Shown here: positions 41,433 through 50,860 of the stretch, one piece after another
Position numbering within the stretch: position 1 is the first letter of the stretch
How the letters are laid out: each line of letters begins with the position of its first letter
Notes under the pieces: model-generated
Told to the model about the DNA's origin: nothing
The model's database searches: none
The model's input: only the letters and a program-made list of their open reading frames with translations
NCBI GenBank assembly: GCA_045578445.1
Contig: JAZNKG010000007.1
Location: 9,838-73,837, forward strand
Direction of reading: 5' to 3'
Source: Alphaproteobacteria bacterium
GTDB taxonomy: Bacteria; Pseudomonadota; Alphaproteobacteria; RF32; CAG-239
DNA: 64,000 nucleotides
Position numbers and translations under genes: made by a program

Positions 41433-41461
41433 TATTAAATCTGAAATTTCGACTAACAAAC

Positions 41462-41495
41462 GGCATTTTTATTGTAAAAGTGCCATTTATTATTT
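41462..41495 (+). terminator. rho-independent terminator
   Basis: GGCATTTTT-attgt-AAAAGTGCC followed by a T-rich tract. Confidence 0.55.
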
Positions 41496-41513
41496 GTTGC
41501 AAATCGAAGAGTG

Positions 41514-41542
41514 TTGACAAAGAGTTAAAAAAGTGTTAATAT
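41514..41542 (+). promoter_or_regulatory. candidate promoter of the first pilin-like gene
   Basis: TTGACA-17 nt-TAATAT. Confidence 0.45.
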
Positions 41543-41581
41543 TATTTCATATTTAGCTTTTTAATGTGTGGGAGAAGAGCT

Positions 41582-42097
41582 ATGAAGAAATTGATTATAA
41601 CACTAATGGGAATCGGGCTATTTGTTACTAATGCAAATGCATCATTAACTTATTCTCATTCAAAATATGGGTATCAACGTAGTGCTATGGCTAATGTTAG
41701 TGCAACAATTGTGAGGCCTGTGTCTGCAGAAGTTCGTCAAGATTTGGATTTAGGCATGTTGCAGGCAAGAAGTAAAGGCTTTGTCAGTATAGACAAAAAC
41801 AATCAAAGATATGCTGAAGGATTAGAACTTGCAACAAGCAAACCGCATACTGGAGTTGTTAACATAAGTGGACCAAGTGGTCAGATGGTAACTGTTAATG
41901 TGCCAGAAGTAAGATTTCATGGAAATATAGATAAAATCGCAGAATTTAAGCCAAGTGTGAGCCATAATGGTAGAGCTATTGCTCTTAATTCCAGTGACGG
42001 GAAAGCTGAGATTAGAATTGGTGGCATATTAAAATTAAATGACGTACCAGAGAGTGGAGCTCATAAAGGATATTATATTGTGCAGATGTCTTACTAG
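41582..42097 (+). CDS. secreted pilin-like subunit (DUF4402/SCPU-like)
   Basis: Signal peptide MKKLIITLMGIGLFVTNANA, SATIVRPVS...DLDLG, and a C-terminal G.Y.G.Y.V.MSY beta-strand shared with the neighbouring subunits. SD GGGAGAAGAG. Confidence 0.55.
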   Translation: MKKLIITLMGIGLFVTNANASLTYSHSKYGYQRSAMANVSATIVRPVSAEVRQDLDLGMLQARSKGFVSIDKNNQRYAEGLELATSKPHTGVVNISGPSGQMVTVNVPEVRFHGNIDKIAEFKPSVSHNGRAIALNSSDGKAEIRIGGILKLNDVPESGAHKGYYIVQMSY

Positions 42098-42099
42098 AC

Positions 42100-42131
42100 A
42101 AAAAAAACACCTCTAATGAGGTGTTTTTTTA
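42100..42131. terminator. bidirectional terminator
   Basis: A-run-ACACCTC-taat-GAGGTGT-T7 between convergent pilin-like genes. Confidence 0.75.
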
Positions 42132-42153
42132 TTGTATAAACAAGAAGCAAAAA

Positions 42154-42654
42154 TTAGTATGACATTGTCAAAGTAATTTCACCAGTATAAACGCCTGATG
42201 GTTGATTTGCTTTGATATGTAAGTCAGCACCAACTTTTACCTGATCACTACCATCTGTAATTTTTTGTTGTGTTTGAGAATAAGCACTATCATCAACTAA
42301 CAAAGTAAAATTATTTAATTCCATAGTATTTACACCATTACTTAATACGGTTTCAGCAACACTAATAGTGTAAGGTGTACCTGTATCACCTGTAATAGTA
42401 AATTCTGCAGCTTTTACAGCATCACCACGTGCACTAGTTACATCAGATAATTCGCCATTAGGAGCCAACTTAGCTGTTTGTGCCTGAGGAGAACTAACAA
42501 TTGTACCAAAATTCATATCTTGTGTTTTCGTTACACTACCTGCTCCTACGATAGTTGCTGTTACTGTTGCAGTTTCACTTTTTGAAGCTGCAAACGAGTT
42601 ATTAGCGCACAAAACTAAAACAGAAAATACTGTTAATAATAATGCTTTTTTCAT
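42154..42654 (-). CDS. secreted pilin-like subunit (DUF4402/SCPU-like)
   Basis: Signal peptide MKKALLLTVFSVLVLCANNSFA, then ATVTATIVGAGSVTKTQDMNFGTIV...AAEFTITGDTGTPYTISV...GVYTGEITLTMSY. Confidence 0.62.
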   Translation of the reverse strand: MKKALLLTVFSVLVLCANNSFAASKSETATVTATIVGAGSVTKTQDMNFGTIVSSPQAQTAKLAPNGELSDVTSARGDAVKAAEFTITGDTGTPYTISVAETVLSNGVNTMELNNFTLLVDDSAYSQTQQKITDGSDQVKVGADLHIKANQPSGVYTGEITLTMSY

Positions 42655-42761
42655 ATCAATCCCCTTTTCATAAAAACTATATTATTTGTCTAAAGACTAG
42701 AATAAAAGTTATTAACATTTTACTAATAAAAAAAACTTTTTTTACCAAAGCTAAGTTATTG

Positions 42762-42777
42762 AAAAAAAAAAAAAAAA
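42762..42777. repeat. A16 homopolymer tract in the divergent pilus intergenic region
   Basis: 16 consecutive A residues counted directly. A T8 run lies at 42842-42849. Confidence 0.95.
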
Positions 42778-42894
42778 CAGAAATTTTTTCTACAGGTGAA
42801 AAAATAGCAAAATTTCACCTAATTTTATTGCTAAATATGTGTTTTTTTTGTACTTTTTTATAGTAAGATATTGGATATTTTTAAAGGACTGGGC

Positions 42895-43899
42895 ATGAAA
42901 CGCAATCTTATTATTAACCTATTGTTTTTATTTGGTTTTATTCTATTACCTATTAAATATGTAAATTCAGCTGATTATACAACTACTGGCTCTATTGATT
43001 TTGGAGTTATTATGCAAAATGCAATTCCTTCTATTATACCTGTTACATCCGATGGTTTAAGAGATGAATCTGGTACATATGGGGTATACAGGGCGCAAAA
43101 TCCATCAGTTTCCAATACAATTACATTTACAACTACTGGTAATATCATTGTTGGTGAAAGAATAATCATTACAAACAATATGAATACTGAAGAGTTTAAC
43201 ATTGATGGTTGTTCTCATTCCTTTTCAAATGTTTCAACACAAAATAATAATTTCTTTATGTCTTCATCATCCTATAGTTTGCCATTTTCTTTAACATTAA
43301 CTATATCTAACTTTTGTACACCTGATAAAAATTATACTGGTCAATTTTATATTCAATACCGTACGCAAACTTGTATTTTAGGTGGTCTTTTGGGATGTTA
43401 TGATAACGAAGGAATAAATGAAGTTCCTTTCCAATATTCATTTAGGATTGAAGAGCCTTTAGGAGCTGATGAAATTGAGGCGTTAAATTTTGGGGCAATT
43501 ATGCCAATTTTTGACGGTGCTGGAACAGTAACCATTGCTCCTGAGGATGAATCAGTTACTGTAACCGGCGATATTAAATATTTATATTCTGGTTATTCGC
43601 GTGGAATTTATCAAATTTATGGCATCGGAAACCGTATGGTTAATATAACTATGCCAGATAGCGTTATTATAACAAATGTTTCGAATGATAGTGGCGATAC
43701 AATGGTTGTAAATAACTTTAGGGTTTCATCTACATATAATTACACGCAAACCAATGATGGTGCCAAAGTAGAAATTCCCTTAAACGATTTGAGTTTTGAC
43801 AACTATTCTAACTTTTTTGTTGGAGCAACATTAAATGTTGGAGCCGGAGTATCTGAGGGGCAATACCGTGGAGAATATACAATTTATTTAAGTTATTAG
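42895..43899 (+). CDS. two-domain pilin-like subunit (candidate tip/adhesin subunit)
   Basis: Signal peptide, then two tandem pilin-like modules (DFGVIMQN... and LNFGAIMP...VTVTGD...YQIYG...GQYRGEYTIYLSY). SD AAAGGA before ATG 42895. Confidence 0.55.
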   Translation: MKRNLIINLLFLFGFILLPIKYVNSADYTTTGSIDFGVIMQNAIPSIIPVTSDGLRDESGTYGVYRAQNPSVSNTITFTTTGNIIVGERIIITNNMNTEEFNIDGCSHSFSNVSTQNNNFFMSSSSYSLPFSLTLTISNFCTPDKNYTGQFYIQYRTQTCILGGLLGCYDNEGINEVPFQYSFRIEEPLGADEIEALNFGAIMPIFDGAGTVTIAPEDESVTVTGDIKYLYSGYSRGIYQIYGIGNRMVNITMPDSVIITNVSNDSGDTMVVNNFRVSSTYNYTQTNDGAKVEIPLNDLSFDNYSNFFVGATLNVGAGVSEGQYRGEYTIYLSY

Positions 43900-43927
43900 T
43901 TTGATAGAAAAAAGGAGTAATTGATTT

Positions 43928-44701
43928 ATGAAAATAAAACTAAAATATTTAACACTTTTATTGTTATTAATAGCAAATGTGGCAAAAGCCAATATTTCTA
44001 TTTATCCGTTTAGTGTTGATTTTAAAGATGGGGCAAGAAAACGTGTGCAAAGTATACGCATTATTAATTCATCCAATGAAATACAGACTTATCGTGTGAG
44101 TATGGTTGATTTTGCGCAAGATGAGAAAGGAAAATTAGTAGAAATTAAAGGAGCAGAAAATTCTGCAACTCCTTATGTAACTTTTTCTCCTCGTCAATTT
44201 ACCCTAAAGCCCAAAGATGTGCAAACTGTGAATGTGGCTAGACGTAGCTTAGCAAAAGCTAAAGATGGAGAATATGTTTCTCACTTAAAAATCAGTGAAG
44301 TGAATTTAGGTGCTCCTAAATTGAAAAACGAAAAAGAAAACTCTGACGCTATTTCTATGAAAATAGATGTGTTGTTTGCAGTTACAATTCCTGTAACTGT
44401 TGAAAAAGGTGATAATTTGGTAGCTAAAACTTCTTTGGTTAGTTGGAAGAAGATTGGTAGTGACAAACTAAATATCACTCTTAAAAGAGAAGGAAATAAA
44501 TCTTCTCGTGTAAATGCTTATGTTTTAGATAAAAAGAATCAGGAACTAGGCAAAGTTAAAGGTATTAAAATCTATATGACGACTGATATCCTTAATATAG
44601 ATATACCTTTGAACAAAAATGTAACTAATGAGAATGCTTTATTGAAACTAGAAGATGCACAGTCTGAGAAAGAAATACTTAGACAGCCAATTAAACTATA
44701 A
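43928..44701 (+). CDS. periplasmic pilus chaperone (PapD-like fold)
   Basis: Signal peptide, NISIYPFSVDF....R.QSIRIINSSNEIQTYRVSM and two beta-sandwich-sized halves. Sits between the subunit and usher-like genes. SD AAGGAG. Confidence 0.68.
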   Translation: MKIKLKYLTLLLLLIANVAKANISIYPFSVDFKDGARKRVQSIRIINSSNEIQTYRVSMVDFAQDEKGKLVEIKGAENSATPYVTFSPRQFTLKPKDVQTVNVARRSLAKAKDGEYVSHLKISEVNLGAPKLKNEKENSDAISMKIDVLFAVTIPVTVEKGDNLVAKTSLVSWKKIGSDKLNITLKREGNKSSRVNAYVLDKKNQELGKVKGIKIYMTTDILNIDIPLNKNVTNENALLKLEDAQSEKEILRQPIKL

Positions 44702-47700
44702 ATTTATTATTTGTTTATGGACTGTTTTTATTTTAGTTCTGCCACTTGTGGCTAGAGCTCAGACAGTTATAAGCTTTTCTGACGAAAATAATACTGTTAA
44801 TCAACTAGAAGAAAGTGAAGATATTTTCAATTTCTCTGGTGATTTATTGATTTTAGAGCCTGTTATTCAGGGATTTAACCTTAGCGACTATGCTTATGTT
44901 TCTCAAACTGACGGCAAAGAATATATTGCCTTAAGCCAAATGGCCCAATATCTTGGTATTAAGTATATTAAAAACCCTAATAATACTACCAAACTATGGT
45001 ATGCAGATAATGAAGATGTTGTATACTTTATTGATTTTGTAAACCGTAAAGTTATTTTGACCGATAATAAAGGTTATATAAAAGAAGATAAATTTTGGTT
45101 TAGAGATTATGATGTTGATGTTATTGATGAAACTATTTTCTTTAGTGTAGGTTTTTGGAGAACTCTTTTAGAGGCAGATATTGAAATTGATGAACTCAAT
45201 ATGCAACTTGTTATTAAAAGAGAAAAAGACTTCCCTACTATTGCAAAAATGCGTGCAGAGAAAAAACGTAATAATCAAGGTTTCCGTGAATTTAGTAAAG
45301 ATAGTATTTCCGATTATGATTTTGACGATAGATTAATAGCAGAACCTGTACTTGATGTACAACTTGGTAAAGGCTGGGGACATAATAAAGGCGGTAGAAC
45401 TTATAATAGCGACAACTATGCTGTTAATCTTGCAATGATTGCAGGAGGACTTGATGTTAATACTTATGTTAGTGGCAACTCTTCTAATGATAGAAAACCT
45501 ACGGTTAGAATTAGCGGTAGTAGAACTTTCTTAGATGAACCTGAAAATGCTTTTAACTTAAAAACATTAAAAGTTGGTGATATAAGTGGTATTAGTCAGT
45601 CTTATTTTGCTAATGCTGGATATGGTCGCGGTGTGGCCTTGTCATCATTTAAAAACTTAGTAATGTCTGCTGATAAGACTATTGATTTGACTGGTCCGTT
45701 AACTCCAGGGTGGGAAGTTGAACTTTATTGGAATGAACAGCTTATTGGATTCAGACAAAGTGGTATTAATGGCGAATATAACTTTAATGATATTCCAGTT
45801 TCTTATGGTTTGAATACATTTAAGTTAGTATTTTATGGGCCCTATGGAGAGACACGAACTGAATATGAAAGATATTATTCTGGTACTAGTCCAGTGAAGA
45901 CTGGCGAATTTGGATACAATATTTCTGCTTATCAGCCATTTAGATATTTGGTAGAAGACAATAGAACGTTTCAATATGATGGCTCTGATACTCCTATTAT
46001 TGATATGACTGGATATTACGGTGCTACTGATGATTTGACATTGATGGGTGGTTTTACTCAAACTCCTAGTGCTGAAGATAGCTTTGAGACACAATACTTT
46101 GGTATGGCTGGTGCGCAGATGTCTATGTCTGGTAGTTCCATCCAATATAACTTAGAACAAAATTTAGATACTGCAAAATTAGGTCATCATTTAGAATGGC
46201 AGGGTGATGTTTATATTGGTAATATCTATGCCGGATATGATAAATATAATGGAATACATTCTCCTAACTCTTTATACTCTGATGAATATTTGGATGAGCA
46301 ATATGAAGCAAGACTTTCTGGTATATTACCTTGGAATGTACCTTACTATTTAAGTTATCGTACAGGTAAATTGGAAAGTGGTGATATTACTTTTGAAAAT
46401 ATTTCTGCCAGACTTTCTAAGAGATTGACTAACGGTTTGAACTTAACTCTTGAAGATAGCTACTATGGTTATGGCTCAGGTAGAGGTTATTCTAATGTTG
46501 TTCGTACAGGATTGTATAAATGGTGGAATCTATTTTCTACTGAAACTTGGGCCACTTATAGAACTGATCCTGATCCTGAACTTACAGAAGTTCAAGCGAG
46601 AATTGACTGGCGAGCTGGCAGGAACACTTATGTTACAGGAAGATGGACCAGAAATATGCTTAATGATATGGACTACTTCTCTGTTTCAGGAGGTCATGTT
46701 TTTGACTTCGGAGGCTTAACTGCCACTTTAGAGAGTGATAGAGATTTGAACTTAAGTACTTATTTAAATTATAATATCAGCTTTGCTAGAGAACCTAAAT
46801 CTTTTGGAATTGTTACAAATGCTAATTCAAAATTAAGTTCTAGTGGCACAATGTTTGTTAAAGTTATTGACGAAGAAGGTAATCCTGTACCAGAAGTGGG
46901 GCTTAATGCTAACGGATTGGACAAACAAGTTTATACTGATGAAAAAGGTACTGCTATTTTGGCTGACCTACAAACTTACGAACGTACAATTCTTAGAGTT
47001 GATATGGAATCCTTGATTGATATTTCTTTACAACCAGAAGAAGAAATCAAAAAAGTTGTGCTACGCCCTGGCACTATTAGAACTGTTGATTTGAAATTTA
47101 TTCATAAAGGAGCTGTCGAAGGTAAGATTGCTAACCCTGAAGGTAAGCGTTTGTTTGGTTATCAGATTTCTGCGATTGATAAAGATGAGAAGGAAATCGC
47201 TCAAACTTTTGCTGATTTAGATGGTTATTTTATTTTAGATGGTGTGCCTTATGGTACTTATAATATCGTTATTTCTAAAGAAGGTAGCATATTAACAGAG
47301 CTTGTTGATGTTAAAGTTGATGATGTGTCTGTTTATTTGGAAGAAGAAATTGTTGTTGATACTGATGCTATTAACTTCTTTGAAAATATTGATACTGAAA
47401 ATGAAACAAATCGCTTTGTTGAAGAACACGAAAAAGGGTTTAATAATGAAGAATATATGAATAATACATTCCCTATTGATATTGAAAAGGCTGTTATAGA
47501 ACCAGAAGAACATCAACCTATCATTACCATTGAAGAAATTGAGAAAGATATTTTTGTAAATCCTAATGCAGAAGTGTTTAACTCTGTGGCATCTCAACAA
47601 TCTTATGATAGATTTATTGCTGTTGAAAAGCCTAAATATGATGATGTATCTATGGAAAGTATAGAAAAAGAAATCTTTGGTATTAGTGACAAAGATGCTG

Positions 47701-47783
47701 AAATTATTGATAATATTCAAAATGAACTTGATGCTAATATTGCGTTGAAAGAATTGATGGATACTGTTGATAGTATCGAATAA
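44655..47783 (+). CDS. usher-like outer-membrane assembly protein with C-terminal CarboxypepD_reg-like domains and an acidic tail
   Basis: 1042 aa with a signal peptide ...LVLPLVARA and a long Gly/aromatic-rich region of alternating beta-strand character. Two VKVIDEEGNP.../GKIANPEGKR...GYFILDGVPYGTYNIVISKEG modules follow. The usher call rests on synteny. The start is uncertain; the ATG 44655 start overlaps the chaperone gene by 47 nt. Confidence 0.5.
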   Translation: MHSLRKKYLDSQLNYKFIICLWTVFILVLPLVARAQTVISFSDENNTVNQLEESEDIFNFSGDLLILEPVIQGFNLSDYAYVSQTDGKEYIALSQMAQYLGIKYIKNPNNTTKLWYADNEDVVYFIDFVNRKVILTDNKGYIKEDKFWFRDYDVDVIDETIFFSVGFWRTLLEADIEIDELNMQLVIKREKDFPTIAKMRAEKKRNNQGFREFSKDSISDYDFDDRLIAEPVLDVQLGKGWGHNKGGRTYNSDNYAVNLAMIAGGLDVNTYVSGNSSNDRKPTVRISGSRTFLDEPENAFNLKTLKVGDISGISQSYFANAGYGRGVALSSFKNLVMSADKTIDLTGPLTPGWEVELYWNEQLIGFRQSGINGEYNFNDIPVSYGLNTFKLVFYGPYGETRTEYERYYSGTSPVKTGEFGYNISAYQPFRYLVEDNRTFQYDGSDTPIIDMTGYYGATDDLTLMGGFTQTPSAEDSFETQYFGMAGAQMSMSGSSIQYNLEQNLDTAKLGHHLEWQGDVYIGNIYAGYDKYNGIHSPNSLYSDEYLDEQYEARLSGILPWNVPYYLSYRTGKLESGDITFENISARLSKRLTNGLNLTLEDSYYGYGSGRGYSNVVRTGLYKWWNLFSTETWATYRTDPDPELTEVQARIDWRAGRNTYVTGRWTRNMLNDMDYFSVSGGHVFDFGGLTATLESDRDLNLSTYLNYNISFAREPKSFGIVTNANSKLSSSGTMFVKVIDEEGNPVPEVGLNANGLDKQVYTDEKGTAILADLQTYERTILRVDMESLIDISLQPEEEIKKVVLRPGTIRTVDLKFIHKGAVEGKIANPEGKRLFGYQISAIDKDEKEIAQTFADLDGYFILDGVPYGTYNIVISKEGSILTELVDVKVDDVSVYLEEEIVVDTDAINFFENIDTENETNRFVEEHEKGFNNEEYMNNTFPIDIEKAVIEPEEHQPIITIEEIEKDIFVNPNAEVFNSVASQQSYDRFIAVEKPKYDDVSMESIEKEIFGISDKDAEIIDNIQNELDANIALKELMDTVDSIE

Positions 47784-47862
47784 ATATTATTGTTTAGTTT
47801 TTTAATATAATTACACATTATTTAAGATAAAAAACTTGGCTTCTTTTAATATTTGAGCGCAT

Positions 47863-47896
47863 AAAAAAACCTCCTTTTGAGGAGGTTTTGTTTTTT
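47863..47896. terminator. bidirectional terminator
   Basis: A-run-AACCTCC-ttttga-GGAGGTT-T-run between convergent genes. Confidence 0.75.
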
Positions 47897-47903
47897 ATGG
47901 AAT

Positions 47904-48728
47904 TTATTTTATATAATATCCAATATGTGGATCTTGTTCTTTTGTTATAACAGTTAATGAACCATCTTTGTTTATTGTTTTCTCAGCTATGTCATTAAAT
48001 AAATAATCTTTAAAATTATTCAAATCGGCATTTTGGTCACCAGATAAATAGATGTTACTTACTGTTATTTCTTCATTTTCAGCATCAAAGTCTAATCTTA
48101 TACGATATACTTTTTCTGCTGGAATTTTGATTTTATAAGTATTTTCTCCAGCTTGACCTGAAAACGATATTACATATTTAGGACTATACCACACTTCATC
48201 TTTTATAGTATAAAAAATTTGATAATTAAAAGCATTTTTTGCTGTTGCTGTAAAGTTAAAGAATAGATTACTATCTGGTGAAAGTTTTTCTGTTTCTTCT
48301 ATTACTTTAGCTTCAGGTAATGCTACCTTTTCATGATGAACAACCTGTGTTGGTACTTTAGCTTGTGTTATATCCTGCTTTTTCTTACTAGGAACAGATG
48401 CAATCAATAGTAAAATCGCTATTATAAATATAACACATCCAACAATAACTTGCTTTTTATTATTTTTAACATAATTAACACACTTTTCTTTGTAGATAGG
48501 TGCATTTTCTTTTATTTTGATGGCTTGTTCCTTTAATTTAGCTAGATAGACAGGTGCATTTTCTTTTATTTTCAATGCAACTTCCTTTAGCTTTGCCATA
48601 TATACAGGTGCTTTTTCTTTAACTTTAGAAACAACTTTTTTTGTATATATAGGAGCTTTATCTTTTACCTTATTTACTACTTCCATAAGTTTTTCTTTGT
48701 TTATAAACTCTTTTATTTTATCCTTCAT
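47904..48728 (-). CDS. single-pass membrane protein with N-terminal K.KE.AP.Y repeats
   Basis: Four repeats (VKDKAPIYTKK / VKEKAPVYMAKLKE / IKENAPVYLAKLKE / IKENAPIYKEK), a TM helix (VIVGCVIFIIAILLLIASV) and a ~150-aa beta-rich C-terminal domain. SD GGAG before ATG 48728. Confidence 0.6.
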   Translation of the reverse strand: MKDKIKEFINKEKLMEVVNKVKDKAPIYTKKVVSKVKEKAPVYMAKLKEVALKIKENAPVYLAKLKEQAIKIKENAPIYKEKCVNYVKNNKKQVIVGCVIFIIAILLLIASVPSKKKQDITQAKVPTQVVHHEKVALPEAKVIEETEKLSPDSNLFFNFTATAKNAFNYQIFYTIKDEVWYSPKYVISFSGQAGENTYKIKIPAEKVYRIRLDFDAENEEITVSNIYLSGDQNADLNNFKDYLFNDIAEKTINKDGSLTVITKEQDPHIGYYIK

Positions 48729-48747
48729 ATATTTTCTCCATAACAAC

Positions 48748-50394
48748 TTAAACTAAACGACTCTGATTAATTGATGCTTTAACAAACTCTACAAAAAGAG
48801 GATGTGGGGCAAAAGGTCTAGACTTTAGTTCTGGGTGGAACTGTACACCAATAAACCATGGATGATCTAATCTTTCAACAATTTCAGGAAGTTTTCCATC
48901 TGGAGATGTTCCTGATATAATCATTCCACCTTGTGCTAATTGGCTCTTATATTTAATATTAACCTCATAACGATGGCGGTGACGCTCGGAAATATGTGTT
49001 GTTTTATATACTTCAGCAACTTTTGAACCTTCCTTTAATACTGCTTCATAAGCGCCTAAACGCATTGTTCCGCCTAAATCACCATCTTTATGCCGTATTT
49101 CTTTAGCCCCGTCTTTGTCCCATTCTGTCATTAGTCCAACAACAGCTTCACAATTTTCATCTAATTCTGTTGTGTTAGCATTTTTAATGTTTAATACATT
49201 ACGCATTGTTTCTATTACAGCCATTTGCATACCATAGCAAATACCTAAAAATGGAACTTTATGTTCACGAGCATATTTTACTGCCAATATTTTACCAGTA
49301 GTTCCACGTGATCCGAATCCGCCTGGAACTAAAATACCACTAACATCTGATAACATTTCATCAACATCTGCTGTTTCTAGCTCCTCAGAATCTATCCATT
49401 TTATTTTTACTTTATATTTATTAGCTATACCGGCATGATTTAAGGCTTCATTTAAAGATTTATATGCTTCTAAAAGTTTTACATATTTACCAACTACAGC
49501 TATTCTTACCTCTCCTTCAGGAGCTTTAATTGTTTCTACAATTTTCTCCCAACGGCTTAAATCTGTTTCTTCAGGGTAGTTAATTTTAAAATGTCTACAT
49601 ACTGCTTGATCCATGCCTTCTCTATGATATGCTAATGGAACTTGATAAATATTGCTTACATCAAGAGCAGCTATTACATTTTCTTCTTTGATGTTACAGA
49701 ATAAAGCAATTTTTCTTCTTTCATTTTCAGGGATTGCCATTTGTGAACGACACAATAACATATCTGGTTGGATACCATATTCTTGTAATTTTTTAACAGA
49801 GTGTTGAGTTGGCTTTGTTTTTAATTCTCCTGCTGTTGGAATATATGGTAGTAAAGTTAGGTGTAAAAACATTGTACGCTCACGCCCTAAATCATATGCC
49901 AATTGACGAATTGCCTCTAGATATGGTTGACCTTCAATATCGCCAACTGTTCCACCTATTTCACATAAAACAAAATCTTCATCTTCCAAATCGCTAATAA
50001 TAAATTCTTTGATTTCATTTGTTACATGCGGAATTACCTGAATTGTAGCACCTAAATAATCTCCATGACGTTCTTTATCTATTACTCTTTGGTATATTTT
50101 TCCTGTAGTTGTACTGTCACTTTTTTTGGCATTTACACCAGAAAAGCGTTCATAATGTCCTAAATCCAAGTCTGCTTCTGTTCCATCATCTGTAACAAAT
50201 ACTTCACCGTGTTGAAAAGGACTCATTGTTCCTGGATCAACATTTAGATATGGATCTAATTTTCTTAGTCGTACTTTAAAACCACGACATTGTAAAATCG
50301 AAGCTAATGATGCGGATGCTAATCCTTTACCTAATGAGGAAACAACACCACCTGTGATAAAAATAAATTTTGTTTTTGGATTCAATTGAGACAT
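48748..50394 (-). CDS. pyrG: CTP synthase
   Basis: [16 protein letters not shown], the GICYGMQ glutamine amidotransferase Cys motif and HRHRYEVN. Confidence 0.96.
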   Translation of the reverse strand: MSQLNPKTKFIFITGGVVSSLGKGLASASLASILQCRGFKVRLRKLDPYLNVDPGTMSPFQHGEVFVTDDGTEADLDLGHYERFSGVNAKKSDSTTTGKIYQRVIDKERHGDYLGATIQVIPHVTNEIKEFIISDLEDEDFVLCEIGGTVGDIEGQPYLEAIRQLAYDLGRERTMFLHLTLLPYIPTAGELKTKPTQHSVKKLQEYGIQPDMLLCRSQMAIPENERRKIALFCNIKEENVIAALDVSNIYQVPLAYHREGMDQAVCRHFKINYPEETDLSRWEKIVETIKAPEGEVRIAVVGKYVKLLEAYKSLNEALNHAGIANKYKVKIKWIDSEELETADVDEMLSDVSGILVPGGFGSRGTTGKILAVKYAREHKVPFLGICYGMQMAVIETMRNVLNIKNANTTELDENCEAVVGLMTEWDKDGAKEIRHKDGDLGGTMRLGAYEAVLKEGSKVAEVYKTTHISERHRHRYEVNIKYKSQLAQGGMIISGTSPDGKLPEIVERLDHPWFIGVQFHPELKSRPFAPHPLFVEFVKASINQSRLV

Positions 50395-50423
50395 TTTACT
50401 ACCCTTTAGACTTGTTATTTACA

Positions 50424-50455
50424 GTGAAAAAGGCACCTCCTCGAAAAGGTGCCTT
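50424..50455 (-). terminator. terminator downstream of secG
   Basis: AAGGCACC-(10 nt)-GGTGCCTT with a T-run on the minus strand. Confidence 0.6.
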
Positions 50456-50481
50456 ATTTTTTAGTTCTGCTTTCATTCTCG

Positions 50482-50841
50482 CTATTCCGCTGTTGGATTT
50501 GTTGGCTCTGAAACAGGTGTTTCATCGGCTGTTGTATCCGGAACAGTTGGAACAACTGGAGCTTGTTGTGTTAATGGAGCAACTTCTGTAATTGATTCTG
50601 TTTTTCTTGTTTCTCCTTTATAATATAGTGCTAGCAATATAGATGTTATAAAGAATATGGTTGCAAGAATCGCTGTTGTTCTTGTAAGCAAATTTCCTTT
50701 ACCACGTGCAGATAAAAAGCTATCTGCTCCATTGCCACCACCTAAACCACTCAAGGCATTACCTGTGTTGCGTTGCATTAAAATCAATACCACCAATAAG
50801 ATGGCTACCATTAAATGAATTACTAACAATACTGATCCCAT
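50482..50841 (-). CDS. secG: preprotein translocase subunit SecG
   Basis: Two TM helices, LLVVLILMQR....LSGLGGG motif. Position next to tpiA is typical. Confidence 0.85.
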   Translation of the reverse strand: MGSVLLVIHLMVAILLVVLILMQRNTGNALSGLGGGNGADSFLSARGKGNLLTRTTAILATIFFITSILLALYYKGETRKTESITEVAPLTQQAPVVPTVPDTTADETPVSEPTNPTAE

Positions 50842-50860
50842 TTTTCTTTTCCTTTAATTG

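Noticed and set aside
47292-47720. 142-aa minus-strand ORF within the usher-like gene tail.
   Set aside because: It is antisense to the acidic tail coding region. Its Phe/Ile/Asn-rich low-complexity translation is consistent with a shadow ORF.
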